From Squalus acanthias (Eukaryota), in contig CM059438.1 of NCBI GenBank assembly GCA_030390025.1, positions 65,660,001 through 65,724,000 on the forward strand: a stretch of DNA of 64,000 bases. Direction: 5' to 3'. Numbering within the stretch: position 1 is the stretch's first letter; every line of letters begins with the position of its first letter. The notes beneath the pieces are model-generated. The model did not search any database. It was not told the origin of the DNA and saw only the letters and a list, made by a program, of their open reading frames with translations. Positions 1-13,252 of this stretch are shown piece by piece. The translations under genes were made by a program, and so were the position numbers.

Positions 1-360
1 CCTGAGGAAAGTGTTTAGCTGTGAGGTGGGAGCTTTTATACTACATTTCATGCTGTCATCTAATCAGCTGGAGCAATGGCCACTCAACTCCCGCCTCGGG
101 CTGACAGACGTGGTTCCCGAGCTGTGTGAATCCCGTGGGCAGCCAGGGAAATTTGAAAGGTAGGCTGGAAAAGGGGCTTTAAGTGTCTGACAACAAGGTG
201 GTAATGATTTGAATTAGGTCGCCCGCCTCTGCCAGACGGGTCGTTGCCGCACCAGCAAACGCGCCCGAGGGAAAGGCGCGTGGGGGCGGGATAATGGCGG
301 GTTCCCGACCCGCTCCAACTTATTTCAAATTTCCCACCCGACCCGCCTCCGATCGTGTCT
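1..360. mobile_element. Partial GC-rich MITE end (Harbinger-like)
   Basis: cccgcc/ggcggg-rich subterminal motifs like families B and C. Truncated by window start. Confidence 0.45.
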
Positions 361-369
361 CTTTTTTCT

Positions 370-900
370 AATTGGACTTATTCAATATTAAAAACATTTA
401 CAACATCCTGATCATTCTATTGTACCATACAATCACCTTTCACCAGTTCCCAGCAACAGAAACAAAGTCATGACTAAAACATAATCACCCTCACCATCAT
501 TCCTTCACTCTGCTCAGTCGTTCCTCCACCACTTATTAGCATCAGAAACTAAAGTTTAATTTGTCTCCCATGACATATATTAATCTATTGCACTTTAAAA
601 ACTGATCAAAAAATGCCATCCATAAATTCCTTTCTGAATAAATCATCCACAGAGCCATACACAATCTTTTAGCCTATATTTAAAATATTCTTTTCGGTTT
701 ATTCTCCTCCCCTTATAAGACAGAGCTTTCCTTCATTGCACATTCATGAATGTAGCCACACTGAACATTAAATTAATTGCCGCTCCGCTAGACTCGGGCA
801 GACTCTCCTGCAATCCCCATCCAAAATTGAGCCTAGTCATGTCTCTGAACCACAAGGCTACCACACCCTCACAACAAATGTTGCAGACTCAAAATTTATA
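370..900 (-). mobile_element. Possible old L1/Tx1-like 3' fragment
   Basis: Degenerate translation (C..VVALWF...AINLMFSVA...KYRLK) resembling Tx1 C-termini. Weak. Confidence 0.25.
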
Positions 901-1182
901 ACTAACAAAATATTTAACCAAAATGTTAAAGGGAGGTACATATACCAAGTTGTTTAAATTTAAAAAAAAATTCCATTGGAGTTTACAAATCAAGACAATT
1001 TGGAATTGTACCATTTAACTATTCACTTCTATATTTTTTTAATAAGAGAAATTTCAAACTGAATAGTTTTGACACAATCTACCAGTCTATATTTTTAATC
1101 TTAGAGCCACAGGTTTGAGCAGGTTCATTTCAGTGGCGTTTGTGACACATTTTGTATAACACTTGACCGTAGAGAGTCACAC

Positions 1183-1284
1183 CTTGTGAGGAACCATTGG
1201 AGAGGAAATCACGCGCAGACTGTTGGGGACCAACCGATATCTCGTCACGTTGTTTAGTTCCTGAACGTTTCCTCTGCCAAGCTA
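1183..1284 (-). CDS. Candidate host exon (102/99 nt, TAGTAG tandem acceptor)
   Basis: ccttctgcttcttttag|tag acceptor and AAG|GTGTGA donor, CpG-retaining. Open as AWQRKRSG...GSSQ (phase 1) or LGRGNVQELNNVTRYRLVPNSLRVISSPMVPHK (phase 0). Confidence 0.5.
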
Positions 1285-1735
1285 CTAAAAGAAGCAGAAG
1301 GATATTACTGACAATCCAGTTGCAGCTTAGATGTTGCAAAAACTTGCTGAATTTGAAATAAATCTGACAGGAAGATTAATCACTGCTAAAAAAGACAATC
1401 TTCTTCGCACAAAGGTGATAGTTTTATATTTCATCGCCGGGCGGATAATGGACGATAGCGAATCGGCAGCCCATTTCACACCTCGCCCAATTTTCCCCTC
1501 CATAATGGAAAAGTAAAACTGAGCGAGGTGTAAAACGAGTGGCCGATTTGCTATCGCCTGTTTTTTATCCGGCGATAACATTTATAATTACCCCCCAAGG
1601 AGTGATGAACTCATGGAATATGCTTCAGGAAAATGTGGAGAATATCCACAGAACATTTGAGAGACAGATGTTTTCTAAGGTGATGAGGGAGGAGGACTGT
1701 AGGTTCTTTCTGAATTAATCTGAAAAGAAAACAAA

Positions 1736-2043
1736 AGAAAGACTTGCATTTATGTAACACCTTTCAGGACCTCAGGATGCCTCAAAGCTCTTTAAAGTCA
1801 ATGAAGTACTTTTGAAGTGTAGTCACTGTTGGAATGTAGGAAACCCTGCAGCCAATTTACATGCAGCCAGGTCCCACCAACAGCAATGTGATAATGACCA
1901 GATCATCTGTGTTTTAGTGATATTGGTTGAGGGATAAATATTGGCCAGCAAAAGGAGAGCTCCCTTGCTCTTCTTCAAAATAGTGTCGTGGAATCTTTTA
2001 TGTCCACCTGAGAGGGGAGATGTGGCCTCGGTTTACTGTCTCT
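1736..2043 (-). mobile_element. DeuSINE (SacSINE1-like) 3' part
   Basis: Reverse-complement homology to the 3' two-thirds of 61813-62275. Confidence 0.8.
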
Positions 2044-4369
2044 GCTGGGATGGATTGAATTTCTGTCTTTGTCCATAGACATTTTGTGATCTTTGACTAT
2101 CCGAGCTCGAAGACATTCCTTTTGCATTTAGTAAATAAGAGTAAAGTGACTGTGATACAGCTCAGCATTCTGCTTTAACAACAGTGATTATGATGAATCA
2201 TTCCCTTAATTATTGTAATTAAGAATATAACAAATTGCATTGTATTTTGCAGTAAACAGTGTTGAAGGTAAATTGTTTTGAAAAGAATAATTGTACAGGT
2301 TTTGTACCATATTGTACAAAACAATGATGGTTTATTGTCCTTCGATGAAGATGATGACAAGATGTAGTTGGTTACTGTATAGAATGAGCAAACCATATGT
2401 GTGAGAGGGGCTGCATGAAATATATATTTATCTCCTCCAATTTCCTCCACTACTCTTTAAATCACTAACTCGTGTTGTGTATAGTTCCACCGATACTCAA
2501 TTGTCCTCTGGTATAATCTGCCGCGGCCTTTCTTCAAATATGTGTCCAGATAGTGAATGTCAGCAGGTTGTTCGATCAGGCTGGGCGAAATCCTCACGGC
2601 TGAGCCTGATCTTGCCCATCAGGGTTCACTTGATAACAATCAGGGAGTGGGAATCCTGTGAGGCACGTGAACACTGGGGCCAACTGCAGCCCAAGCTGAG
2701 ATAAGCTAACTCAGAGCAGACCGGTGATCAAACTTGGGGTCTTCTCAGTCTACCTGGCTTTGTGCCACATAGGGCAGTGTGATTACCAACTTGTTCAAAG
2801 GGGGAGCCCTACAGTAAAGATTCAGTGACTGAATTATGCAGGTTGCTCAGAACTCAAGTATTTTCTAAATCCAAGCCATTAACGAGAAAAGTCCAAAAAT
2901 TCCATAGTGTTAGGTGAGCCTCCATAATGTCACACATGCAGCTTGGGGCATGTATGGGGACATTCCTGGACAAGGCAAGGGAATTCTGCCTAGCTCACCC
3001 TTGAGAGCAGGCACCTGTGCTGTACCTCATTAAAGTTTGCAGCAATACCTCGACAACATTCAGTCTTGGGCTGACAAGCAACAGGTAACATTCATGCCAC
3101 ATAATTGCCAGACAAGGACCATCTTCAACAAAAAAAGGTGCCACCATCTCCTCTGACCTTCAACAGCAGCACCATCACCGAGTCCCTCACCACCAGCATC
3201 AGAGAGTCAATTTATCATTTTCTCACTGCAGTTTACACCATTGATAAAAAAAATCTTCCTTTCCTGACCATCACTTTATGACTACTCTGAGTTATTTCAA
3301 ACAGTAGATCTAGGATCATTCATTTGATGGCTTGCAACCCTTAAGAAGTCTTGCTGCTTGATTCTGTGTGCCTTGCTTCTTCCCTCCCACCCCACTCAGC
3401 AATGCACATTCCCGAGGTATTCAGTAGCAGAGAACCACAACATCCGTTTACCATTCAACTAAGATTTTTCTCTCTGGTAGTGTAATTGTTGTTGTTTGCC
3501 ATATGTATGATGGATTGGTAGGCAGTCAGGGTTATTTTCAGACACTCCTTCCCAGAGCGTTAAGATATTTGTTTAGCTGTCAGCTGTGAGTTTAAAATTC
3601 CCAAGTAATGGAAGTCGGTGGTTGGTACATGATGAGTAATTGTTCTGTCACTGGCTGTACTTTGATCTGCAATCAACTGGGTAGTTCCTGAAGCCCATAT
3701 GTGTGTTTACTGTTTGAACAGTTGATTTGTAGATTAGGAAATAATTCAGAGCAAGAGAGAAATGTTAACCATGCTTGGTTATAACTGAAACTTGTACACA
3801 TCATCAAAATGTGATTCAACCACAAATGAGAGCGTTTCCATGAAATGTCATTTGTTCTAATCCTCATTTGTTAATTGGGAGATACATACGAACAATGACG
3901 AACAGGTAAAGACCCTCTGGTCCATCCAGCCTGCCCCACACAATTGCGATACCTTGTGTATCACAATATATACACTCCACCCCACTTGAAACCAGGTGAT
4001 GTCCTGGGAGAGGTGAAAAAGCAGATAAAAAACTCAGGCCAATTTGGGGGGAAAAAAAACTCTGGGAAATTCCTCTCTGACCCATCTAGGCGATTGAAAC
4101 TAGTCCAGGAGATCACTTTGGCCCTGAATTCTTTGTAGTAACTATCTTTGATCTCCGCACCAGCCAGAAACAGTCCAGTTCTCACTTGAAGGAACTCAGC
4201 GAATCAACATCCCCCACACGAGACGAAAGTCTGACGATGAGCCAAGACCACATGGAATTACAGCAAGGTTGTAGAGAAACTAATCTTTGAGTCCATGTTC
4301 AGTACATAGTTGGACAAGACTAATGGCAAATCAGTCTTGTCCAACTATGACCTGATTTGCAAATAAGAT

Positions 4370-5130
4370 GGGCCAGAAATTCGGCTGTTGTCGGGTGAGT
4401 ACGCACTGTGTACTCACCCGTAAGGCCATCTGAAGTGCCGGTTTCCTGCATGCACTGTGCATGCACGGGAAACCGGAACTTCCGTTCCCCTGAAGGGAGG
4501 GGTTCAGAAGTCGAACGCGTGCACGGGAGAGGCTGCGCGCACGCAGCAAACTTCGATTTTTTTTCAGGTTTCTCCGGGAAGGTAAGTATGAAGACGTTGC
4601 GCTTTTAAAAAGGAGGCACAAGACCTGTTTTTAACAAGGTAAGTGGTTAATTAATGACAATTTTAAAAAAATTTCAACAGTTTTATCTTTTTTAGATACT
4701 TTAAAGAAAGGTAAGTTTATTTTTAGCACCGTTACAAAGTATAATTAATTTTTTCAAAAATTTATATTTTTGTTTAAAGTAGTTAATTTATTTAACATAT
4801 AGTTATTTTAAAAATGTGATTTTTTTTTAAATTTATTTGAAGTTTAAGTGTAGTTTTGGGGCCGATCTCTATTCATAGATTTGACAGGTCTTCCTGTCAA
4901 ATCTATGAATGAAAATGCCCTGCTAGGATTGGCTCGCCATGGCCCATGTGATCCCAGGGGACGCTTCGACTAACTGCACCCCTGGGATACACAAGCACTG
5001 CGCGCCGGCAGCTGGAGGAGGCCCAGGACCTGAAGTCCTCGTGGGCCCAAAGCACAACTGCAGGCGCGGTAGGCAAGTACGCACGCGATGCTTGCACCCG
5101 CAGGAAGCCTGAAAGCTGAATTTCTGGCCC
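4370..5130 (+). mobile_element. MITE family A copy 1 (Harbinger/PHIS-like)
   Basis: TIR gggccagaaattcggc / gctgaatttctggccc. Flanks gat/att. Internal palindromes shared with four other copies. Confidence 0.85.
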
Positions 5131-5768
5131 ATTGCCTTTTCCTCATCATCGCTGGGTCAAAATCCTGGAACTCCCTCCCTAACAGCATTGTGGGAGCACC
5201 TTCATCACATGGACTGTGGCGGTTCTAGAAGGAGGCTCACCACCACCTTCTGGAGGGCAGCTGGGGATGGGCAATAAATGCCGCCCTTGCCAGAAATGCC
5301 CACATCCTGAACTCAGCAGAATTAAACACAGTTTGACTTGGTCAGAGATGAGACGAGATTTTAATAATTTATTTCTTTTTTTTGTTTTCAATGTTTCAGA
5401 CATTTCTGGATCATTTAAATATATCCTTGCCAGTATGTTGAGGTTGCGGTATGTTTTTAATTTTAAGAGGAACTCTGAACATTTTTATAACCTTTGAACT
5501 GTCAAAAGTTCTCTGAAAATCACTATGTCTATTTATTTTATGTAAATAAAAATCTTGCACCTAGCATTTTAAAAAAAAGCATTTGTTCTCAGGATGTGGG
5601 TGACGCTTGCCAAGTCACATTTTTATTGCCCCATAGTGTTGCCCTGAGTAGTTAGTGGTGGGCTTTCTACCACATCCCTTGTGCTGATGATGCTTCTATA
5701 ATGCCATCAGGTCGGGAAGTCCAGGATCGTGACCCAGCATGTGTCCATCACACCAGATATCAAGCATT

Positions 5769-6466
5769 GGCCCAGAAACTGCTGGAGCAGGGCTGCAGTG
5801 CACCACGAGTTGGATGTTTTTATTCACCCTTCAGCTCCAATTATTTTTGCGCTGTAACTTGCTGGAAGCGTGAGCTGATAACAAGGTCAACGGGGCATCT
5901 GGGATCTCAGTGAATGACGGGACCAACAGCGAGGAACGACGGAGAGGGAGGGACATAGGGTCAATTAAAGTCAAATTAGATACAGAAAGAGAAATAAAGA
6001 GAGGGAGGGAAAGATTGGATAAAAGGAAGAGAGAAAAAAAAAAGACAGAAAGGAAAAGTAACAAAAAAAAAATCAAAAACCTCAAAGAATAATTTACTAC
6101 CTGCAGGAGTGAGACTCCACAGTTCCAATTGTTCCCTTTCTGGGTCTCTGAGGTTGAGTGGCACTGCAGGAACAAAAAGCTCATCATTAAAAGGGCCCTT
6201 GCTCCATGAAATAGCAACCCTAACCTTCTGCGGCGAGTTTAATTTGTTTTTACGGCGCAAATGCAGCAATTTCTTGAGACTCACGGGGGAGGTTGATGGC
6301 GAGTTACTGAATTTTGCGAGGCTAACGGCACAAATCGTTCAGCAGCTTGTGGCGATTCTCAATTCACAGCGTGATGCTTCTTCATCACAAATTGCTGGAT
6401 TTTTTTACACATGAATAACGCTGTGTGCCTTTAACTCACCATTATTTTGCCAGCAAATTCTGGCCC
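5769..6466. mobile_element. MITE (family D)
   Basis: TIR ggcccagaaactgctgg / ccagcaaattctggccc. Flanks att/aat. Confidence 0.75.
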
Positions 6467-7196
6467 AATGTTGCACATGCAGAACAATCTAACAGAAAAA
6501 TGATCACTGACCCGGAGCCCGAAATTGATAAGCAATTTACTGAGCTCTCAGTGACCCCAGCGACAATTACCTGGAAATCCCACTGCAAGGACTGGCGCTG
6601 TGGTCTTAAAGGAATAGACCAGGTTAGCAGCTAAACATGACAACCATGGTTCAGAGCCCAAACTACCTGTGAGGGATACCACAGGGAATCTGCTGATGAT
6701 ATAAGATAGTTAATGGAATTGTTCTGGTTTTTTTTTTAAATGATACGTTCAGATACACAAGACGGCAAAACAAGAAAGCACAGATTCAAGATTGATGTAC
6801 CTCATTAACTCACAAGTGCAACTTCCAAAATGGGCCCCATACATTCAAAGTGCTGCCTTGCTGATGGTTAGTGGCAATGCCACAGGGAACCTGTTCTGTT
6901 CCACACTCCTTGTGATGTGTCATCATTAAAATCACTGTTAACGGACTATTAATAGGATACTTGGACATAAGTTAAATCAAGGACGAGTAACGGTCATTTG
7001 GCCCATCCCTCTAGTATCTAACACTCCTAATAGTCTCCACTTGGAATTTGAACATTCCTCATGTTTTTGCCACTTATATCTTCTCAATCGCCTTTCACTT
7101 TTCTTTCACACTCATGGGCTCTCGTTGGTTCTTTATTTTTCTTTCTAAGACAGATAATTTTCCTAATGAAGTATGGGACCTGCTTTGGATTATAAT

Positions 7197-7936
7197 GGCC
7201 CGAAAATTAGACCTAATACGCGAGAGTACGCACTGTGTACTCTCGCGTTTTAGGTCTCCAATTGCCGGTTTCCAGCATGCACTGCGCATGCGCGGGAAAC
7301 CGGCACTTCCTGAATTCAAAAGGGGGCGGTTCCTAGGTGAACCGCGTGCGCGCTACAGGCTGCGCGCACACAGTGCACTTAGTGCTTTGAACGTGCAGGT
7401 AAGCATGGAAGATTTTACACATAAAGAAAGGAGGCGTAAGACCCTCTTTTAACAAGGTAAGTAGTTAATTAAGTATTATTTTAAATTTTTTTCAACAGGT
7501 TTATCTTTTTTAGAGACTTTAAAGAAAGGTAAGTTTATTTTTATAACTTTTAAAAAGATTTTAAATTTTTTCAAAAATTTAATTTTTTGTTTAAAGTGGT
7601 TAATTTATTTAACTATACTTATTTTATTAATGTGATGGCTTTTTTTTTTAATTGAGGTTTAGCTGTTCTTTTGGGGGGGTATATTATTCATAGCTTTGAC
7701 AGGTCTTCCTGTCAAAACTATGAATGAAAGATGGTGTGCTGCCATTGGCTCTAACTGAATCACGTGATCCCAGAGCTCGCACGAACTAACTGCGTCTCTG
7801 GGTCACGCAAGCACTGCACAGCTGCAGCCTTGAAACTTAAGTTCGTGTGGGCCCAGAGGAAAAAGGTAGGCGCGGAGTGAGATATCGCGGGGAAGCCTTA
7901 CCCCCGCGTCAACACTCAGTCTTTAATTTCTGGGCC
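7197..7936 (+). mobile_element. MITE family A copy 2
   Basis: TIR ggcccgaaaatt / aatttctgggcc. Flanks aat/att. Colinear with copy 1. Confidence 0.85.
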
Positions 7937-8098
7937 ATTGACACAAGCTGAATTTCTGCACTGCAGAGCAGCATATACTTAAGAGTAGCTGATCAAAGAT
8001 TATGAGGTGGCAGTACCAGTCAGATTGCAACCCCACAAACTTAAACATTTTTCATCTTTCTACAAGTTTTTGAAGTGTTAGTAGGACACAGAGATATA

Positions 8099-8981
8099 GG
8101 CCATGATTTTGTCAGCGGTGTCGGGATGGGTGCGGGACAGCTGGTTTCCGTTTTCCGGTCCCACCCTCTGTTGCCTCCGCTCCACAGACGTGATTTTTCC
8201 TTGATTGACCTTGTTAAACCTGCCCTGTGGGCTTGCCGGCCAATTAACAGGAAGCAGGTCTGATGACGTCATTTGATAATGCGTCATCTGCCGGTTTCCT
8301 TAAAGGGACCGCGCACAATTTTATTTTGACAGTTGATTTCTCAGTCTTTGACAGCATTGAGGTGCTGAAAACACTGACAATCACTACAAAAAGGTGACCT
8401 CTTGCACCCAGGCTCTCCAATGACTCCTTCCATCTGCTGGAATAGATGGCAGCTGCAGATAAGGTGACAGAAGCGATCTGTCACTGGTGAGAGAGGTTCT
8501 CCCAATGAGGTGTCACTGGACTTATAGTTGGATTTAAAAACTTGTAAGCTAAAGAAATCTGTAAATGTTTTAAAAATGCAGTGACCAACATTTTCTTTGC
8601 TCTGAAACTCACCATGTGCAACATTGGATCCTTCGCACCACTTCTGCAGCTGTCATCATTCCACAAACATTACAGCAGACTTACAACATGCCACACTTAC
8701 CTGGCGTGGTGTCCGGACGTTGGGAAAGCTGATCCAGAAGCGGGAAAATCCAAAAACAGGCTGAAAACTACTGACAAGTACCTGTTAATAGGCAGGTAAT
8801 TGCCTTTAATCCACTTCCCACCGCTAGGTGCCGGGTCCATTTGCAAATCGGGGACCCGACACTTGGGAAAGCTGTTTAGAGGCAGGTTGACAGCGGGATC
8901 GGAACCCGCCGTCAATCAAATTGAATTTAACCTCTGACCCGCCTCCAAACCTGCCCTCTGTGTGCCGGCAAAATCTGGGCC
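8099..8981 (+). mobile_element. MITE family B copy
   Basis: TIR ggccatgattttg / caaaatctgggcc. Homologous to 21881-22737 and 51698-52560. Carries TGACGTCA. Confidence 0.8.
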
Positions 8982-11077
8982 AGAAAGTTTAGCTAGCTGT
9001 GTGACAAACAGGTAAGGAGGGAACATTAATTATTGGGACTCTATTTGGAAATAAGTCTCACTCCCTTACAAAGCTGTAGAAATATAAATACGAGTTTATA
9101 AGTATCTATTCACTGTGAAACATGAATATTAGTCCATCGATCACAATATAATTTTTTCCAAAGTGAAAGGTGCCAAATGGAAGATTTTCAGTGAAGTTTT
9201 GGAACTGTTTTCCTCAGTTCATACCCCAGATACCTCTCATTTTCCCCAGCATGACTTGTATGGTCACACTGGGGGAATTTTAACCCCCCCCCCCCAACCA
9301 AACCATGACGGGTGGGGAAAGGGGATAGAGAGGGGTAGGGGGGGCGGGTGTAGGTTAAAATGTTAAAAATCTGAGACCTGACTCCAACCTGCCTTGAATG
9401 TGCCCACTTTTCGGTTTTAATGTTGGCGGATTGGCGGGGGGGGGGGGGGGGGGGTGGGGGCGGCGGGCGGGGGCGGGTGACTAATTTGTTCTCGAGAAGC
9501 GGGTCAGTTATTTAATACTCCAAATTTACCATTATTTTCTTGACCAAAAGTCAGGTCTGGAGACACATGTAAATTGCATCTGCATGCACGTTGTGTGCTT
9601 TATGCGTCATGCTGAGGCCATTGTGATGTGCGTGTATTTGTGGGTATGATTTTTTCATCGGGAAACGAAATGAAGGCTGTGCAATTTGCATCTTTTTAAA
9701 GGGGAGTTGAATATTGTTTAGGTCTTGCTGTTATATCTAAAAGTCTGTTAAAATTTGAGACTATATTCATTATGGGACAACCAACATAGTCATTCCCAGT
9801 TAGTTATGCAGCAAGCACAGCAGTGCACTGACATACAACACTAATAGTTTCTTGTAGACTGATGTCCTCAATTAAAGACTGATGCAGGTCACATGACAAG
9901 ACATTATTTACTAAAAGCAAGAATACAATTCTTCCCCTGTGCATATACTTCAACAACTTTTAATATCCTACTGTTTTGGTCGCAGGTAAATGCTGGTGGC
10001 ACCACGATAAATAGAATGGCCCAGAAAATCTGCCAAAGTGTCTTGATCTGCCCACTGGGCACCTCTGCTGCTAACCCAGCCTGAATATCCAAGGGCAGGA
10101 GGAGGTTTCCTTGTTGAAGTAAAATCGGAGCATACCCGCATCACCATGGGCACATCTTGGGCGCTTCTAGAGCAGGGGATGGGGAAAGTGGTCGTGGTCA
10201 GCTGTTTGGTGGGTCAGTGGTGGCCTCGGCCTGTACTGTGAGTTGAAAGAGCCAAAAAGGGACAATCCATCCAGATAGTCGGCTGAAGTCTTTGAGAGTC
10301 CAGGGCAGGGCCCAGACCTGGAGCACCAGGTTTGCCCTACATCGGTCACTGAGCGGGCTGGTACACCAGCTTTCTCCTGGCATACATACCTGGTAGAATC
10401 TGGGCCTGTGAATTCCACCCCCTTTCCCCCTCCCAACCTCTCAATTATCCCCCCTTTGATGTATGGGGCTCTGTTTTGGGCAGACAAAGCCGCTGCCTAA
10501 TTCTCAGGACTTTATAGATTTTGGGGCTAGGTTTTTCAATTTTATTTCAATTCAGTTAAAAAACTATCTAGGGTTTTAGTAAGCGGTTAATGGAGAGCCC
10601 GGTAAAATTGCTGATCGTGAACAGTGTAAATAACTATGTGTTGCCATTTTGCTTAACTATGTTTTTTTTAATTCCCTTGCTTGTTTTCCGGAGCTTCAAC
10701 AATGTTCAGAATATGAAAAAAAAATCCTGCTTTTTCTCTGAAATTGCCTGGGTTTTAGGGATCCAATTTCCCCCACTGAGTTTTTCTCTTTTTTTGCGCT
10801 AAAAATCAATCGAAATAAAATGCAGGTACAAAAATTGTCTTGAAAACTCCTTATCCCTACATGATGCAAAGTGAAATCTCTCCACATGATTCCTCATCAC
10901 ATTACTAAACTCTAGACCCGAGCTGGTTAATGTTTAATGTGCATATCATGTAACTATATTATGCCCCCCCCCCCCCACACACAGAGGTAACCACATATAG
11001 ATGATACTCTTACAGACCAGACAGTCCCAGGTTCAATTCTCAGTCTGTACTACAATTGGCCTCAATGCTTATAGGCT

Positions 11078-11482
11078 AAGAACATAAGAACATAAGAAAT
11101 AGGAGCAGGAGTAGGCCAATCGGCCCCTCGAGCCTGCTCCGCCATTCAATAAGATCATGGCTGATCTGATCCTAACCGCCAATCTACTATCTATCACAGA
11201 ACCATCTCCTGCATCTAACAGAATTGCACACACGAAATAGGAGCAGAATCAGGCTACACAGTCCCTGGGCCCGCTCCACTACCCACAGGGCCATGACCGA
11301 TCCGAACCTAGACTCATGTCCAAATTCCTGCCCGCTCCCCGTAACCCTTAATGCCCTTTACTTCCAGGAAACTGTCTATTTCTGTTTTAAATTTAATTAA
11401 TGTTGTAGCTTCTACAGCTTTTTGTGGCAGCATATTCCATGGACCTACCACCCTCTGAGTGAAGTAGTTCCTCCTCATCTCA
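11078..11482 (-). mobile_element. CR1 3' fragment with an extended, duplicated-looking 3' UTR
   Basis: EMRRNYFTQRVV.PWN.LP...KGYGERAG. Two aaataggagcag-type UTR blocks. (taagaaca)n tail. Confidence 0.85.
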
Positions 11483-11821
11483 GGATGAGAGAGAGAGAAA
11501 AATGAGTGAGGGTTCGTACACCTGATTGCTAGTTGCGTTGTCAATGTAATGTTCTCGCACACTATACAAGATTTCAGTAGGAACTCCTCTTCCATCTTCG
11601 CTCGTCACCTAACGCCCAACTTTGCAAGAAACTAATTGGTCAGCAGTACTCAAGTAGAAGATTTAATTAACGTAGAACCTATGAAAATGTAAATCTAATC
11701 GTTTATAAAGACAACAATGTTCCCAATGACCAATTGTTTTCTTGCAAGGTCAGAGGTTAAGCAGTCAATTTTAGGTAGGCAATTACTGATGGTATATGAA
11801 CGGTATCACTGTCTGGTCAAT

Positions 11822-12711
11822 GGGCCGCATATTCCGATCCCTACGGGTGTGTAAGCGTTGTGTATGCACCCGTAGGGACATCGGAAATGCCGGTTTCAGG
11901 CATGCGCAGCGCATGCGCTGAAAACCGGCATTTCCGATCTGTCATGTTTTTTTAATTCCCTTGCTTGTTTTCCTGAGCTTCAACAATGTTCAGAATACGA
12001 AAAAAAAATCCTGCTTTTTCTCTGAAATTGCCTGGGTTTTAGGGATCCAATTTCCCCTTTCCTCTTTTTCTCTTTTTTGCGCTAAAAATCAATCGATGCC
12101 TGCCCTGGAGAAGGGCCTCCGCGGGCAGAGAGTTCCGCTTTCTGGAGACTCTCCGCCCGCAGAAAACCCATAGAATTCTTACACCTGGTTAAAGCAGTCG
12201 TCAGGCCTGCTTTTACCAGGATAAGAGTTGAAAAAAAGTTTAAATTTTTTTTCACTCATTTAGCATTTAAAAATACTTTAAATCTTTAAAAAAAGGTACG
12301 TTTATTTTTAGCCCCATAAAAAACTTTAATTATTTTTTTCAAAAATTACATTTTTGTTTAAAATATTTAATTTATTGTAATTTCAACTAATTTTAAAAAG
12401 GTGATGGTTTTTTTTTAATTTATTTAAAGTTTTACTAGTTTTTGGGGTGATCTCCATTCATATATTTGACAGGTCTACTGTCAAGTGCATGAAGGGAGAT
12501 TTTCTTCTTCTATTGGCTCCCCATGGCTCACGTGATCCCAGGGACGCTTGCGAACTGCCTGCACCTCTGGGATACGTGGGCCCTGCGCACTTGGAGTTTG
12601 GAGAAGCCAAATGTGCAAAAAAAAGTGTACGCACCTCGGGAGCCCTCAGGTAGATTTTTCCAGATCGGAGGCCTCCGCACGCAGGAGGCCTCCGATCGGA
12701 AAATACGGCCC
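11822..12711 (+). mobile_element. MITE family A copy 3 (with a templated insertion)
   Basis: TIR gggccgcatattccgatc / gatcggaaaatacggccc. Flanks aat/att. Confidence 0.85.
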
Positions 12712-13159
12712 ATTATTACATGTTTAGAGTCTTGCTTAGATATTCTCTCAGGTACAGTGGTGCTGGTGACTCTCGTAAATGGTCTGAACATCTTATTTTT
12801 AATATGAGCTAATATGGCCCAATACCTAACTGTACAATATTATAACCCAGGGGTGTAATAGTAGTGCTCCATTCTAACCTGAACTAGATATTCAGCTCTT
12901 TCATACATACTCTCCACTTGCCTTTGCAATTTTTTCAAAGATGGACAGAAATAACATCTGTTAAGATGAGGTCAGATACGAATCATTAAGCTGTTTTATT
13001 TCATGGCAAGTGAACATACAGAGCTATAGTTGTAATCAGACTCAACTTAATTCAATCAGTACAACTTGTCTTCACAAAATAACAAAAGAATGAACACACT
13101 ACACTTGTCCACATTAGAGGGTCACCTTGTACGGCTTAAACAAAATAATTCCAAACTAC

Positions 13160-13252
13160 CCCTTGTGCATTCTTCTTCAGAACCTGGATGTAGCTTTCCC
13201 TTGCAGCTTTCTCATTGAAAGCCTGACTGACTGCCCGAGTCTCTGTCCCCAT
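13160..13252 (-). CDS. Candidate first coding exon: MGTETRAVSQAFNEKAARESYIQVLKKNAQG
   Basis: Good Kozak (aaacgATGG), TATA-like ttataa ~100 nt upstream, donor GGG|GTAGTT in phase 0. Confidence 0.3.

Noticed and set aside
9425..9480. Poly-G tract as a functional G-quadruplex
   Set aside because: Homopolymer expansion inside a MITE end. Length may be a sequencing artefact.
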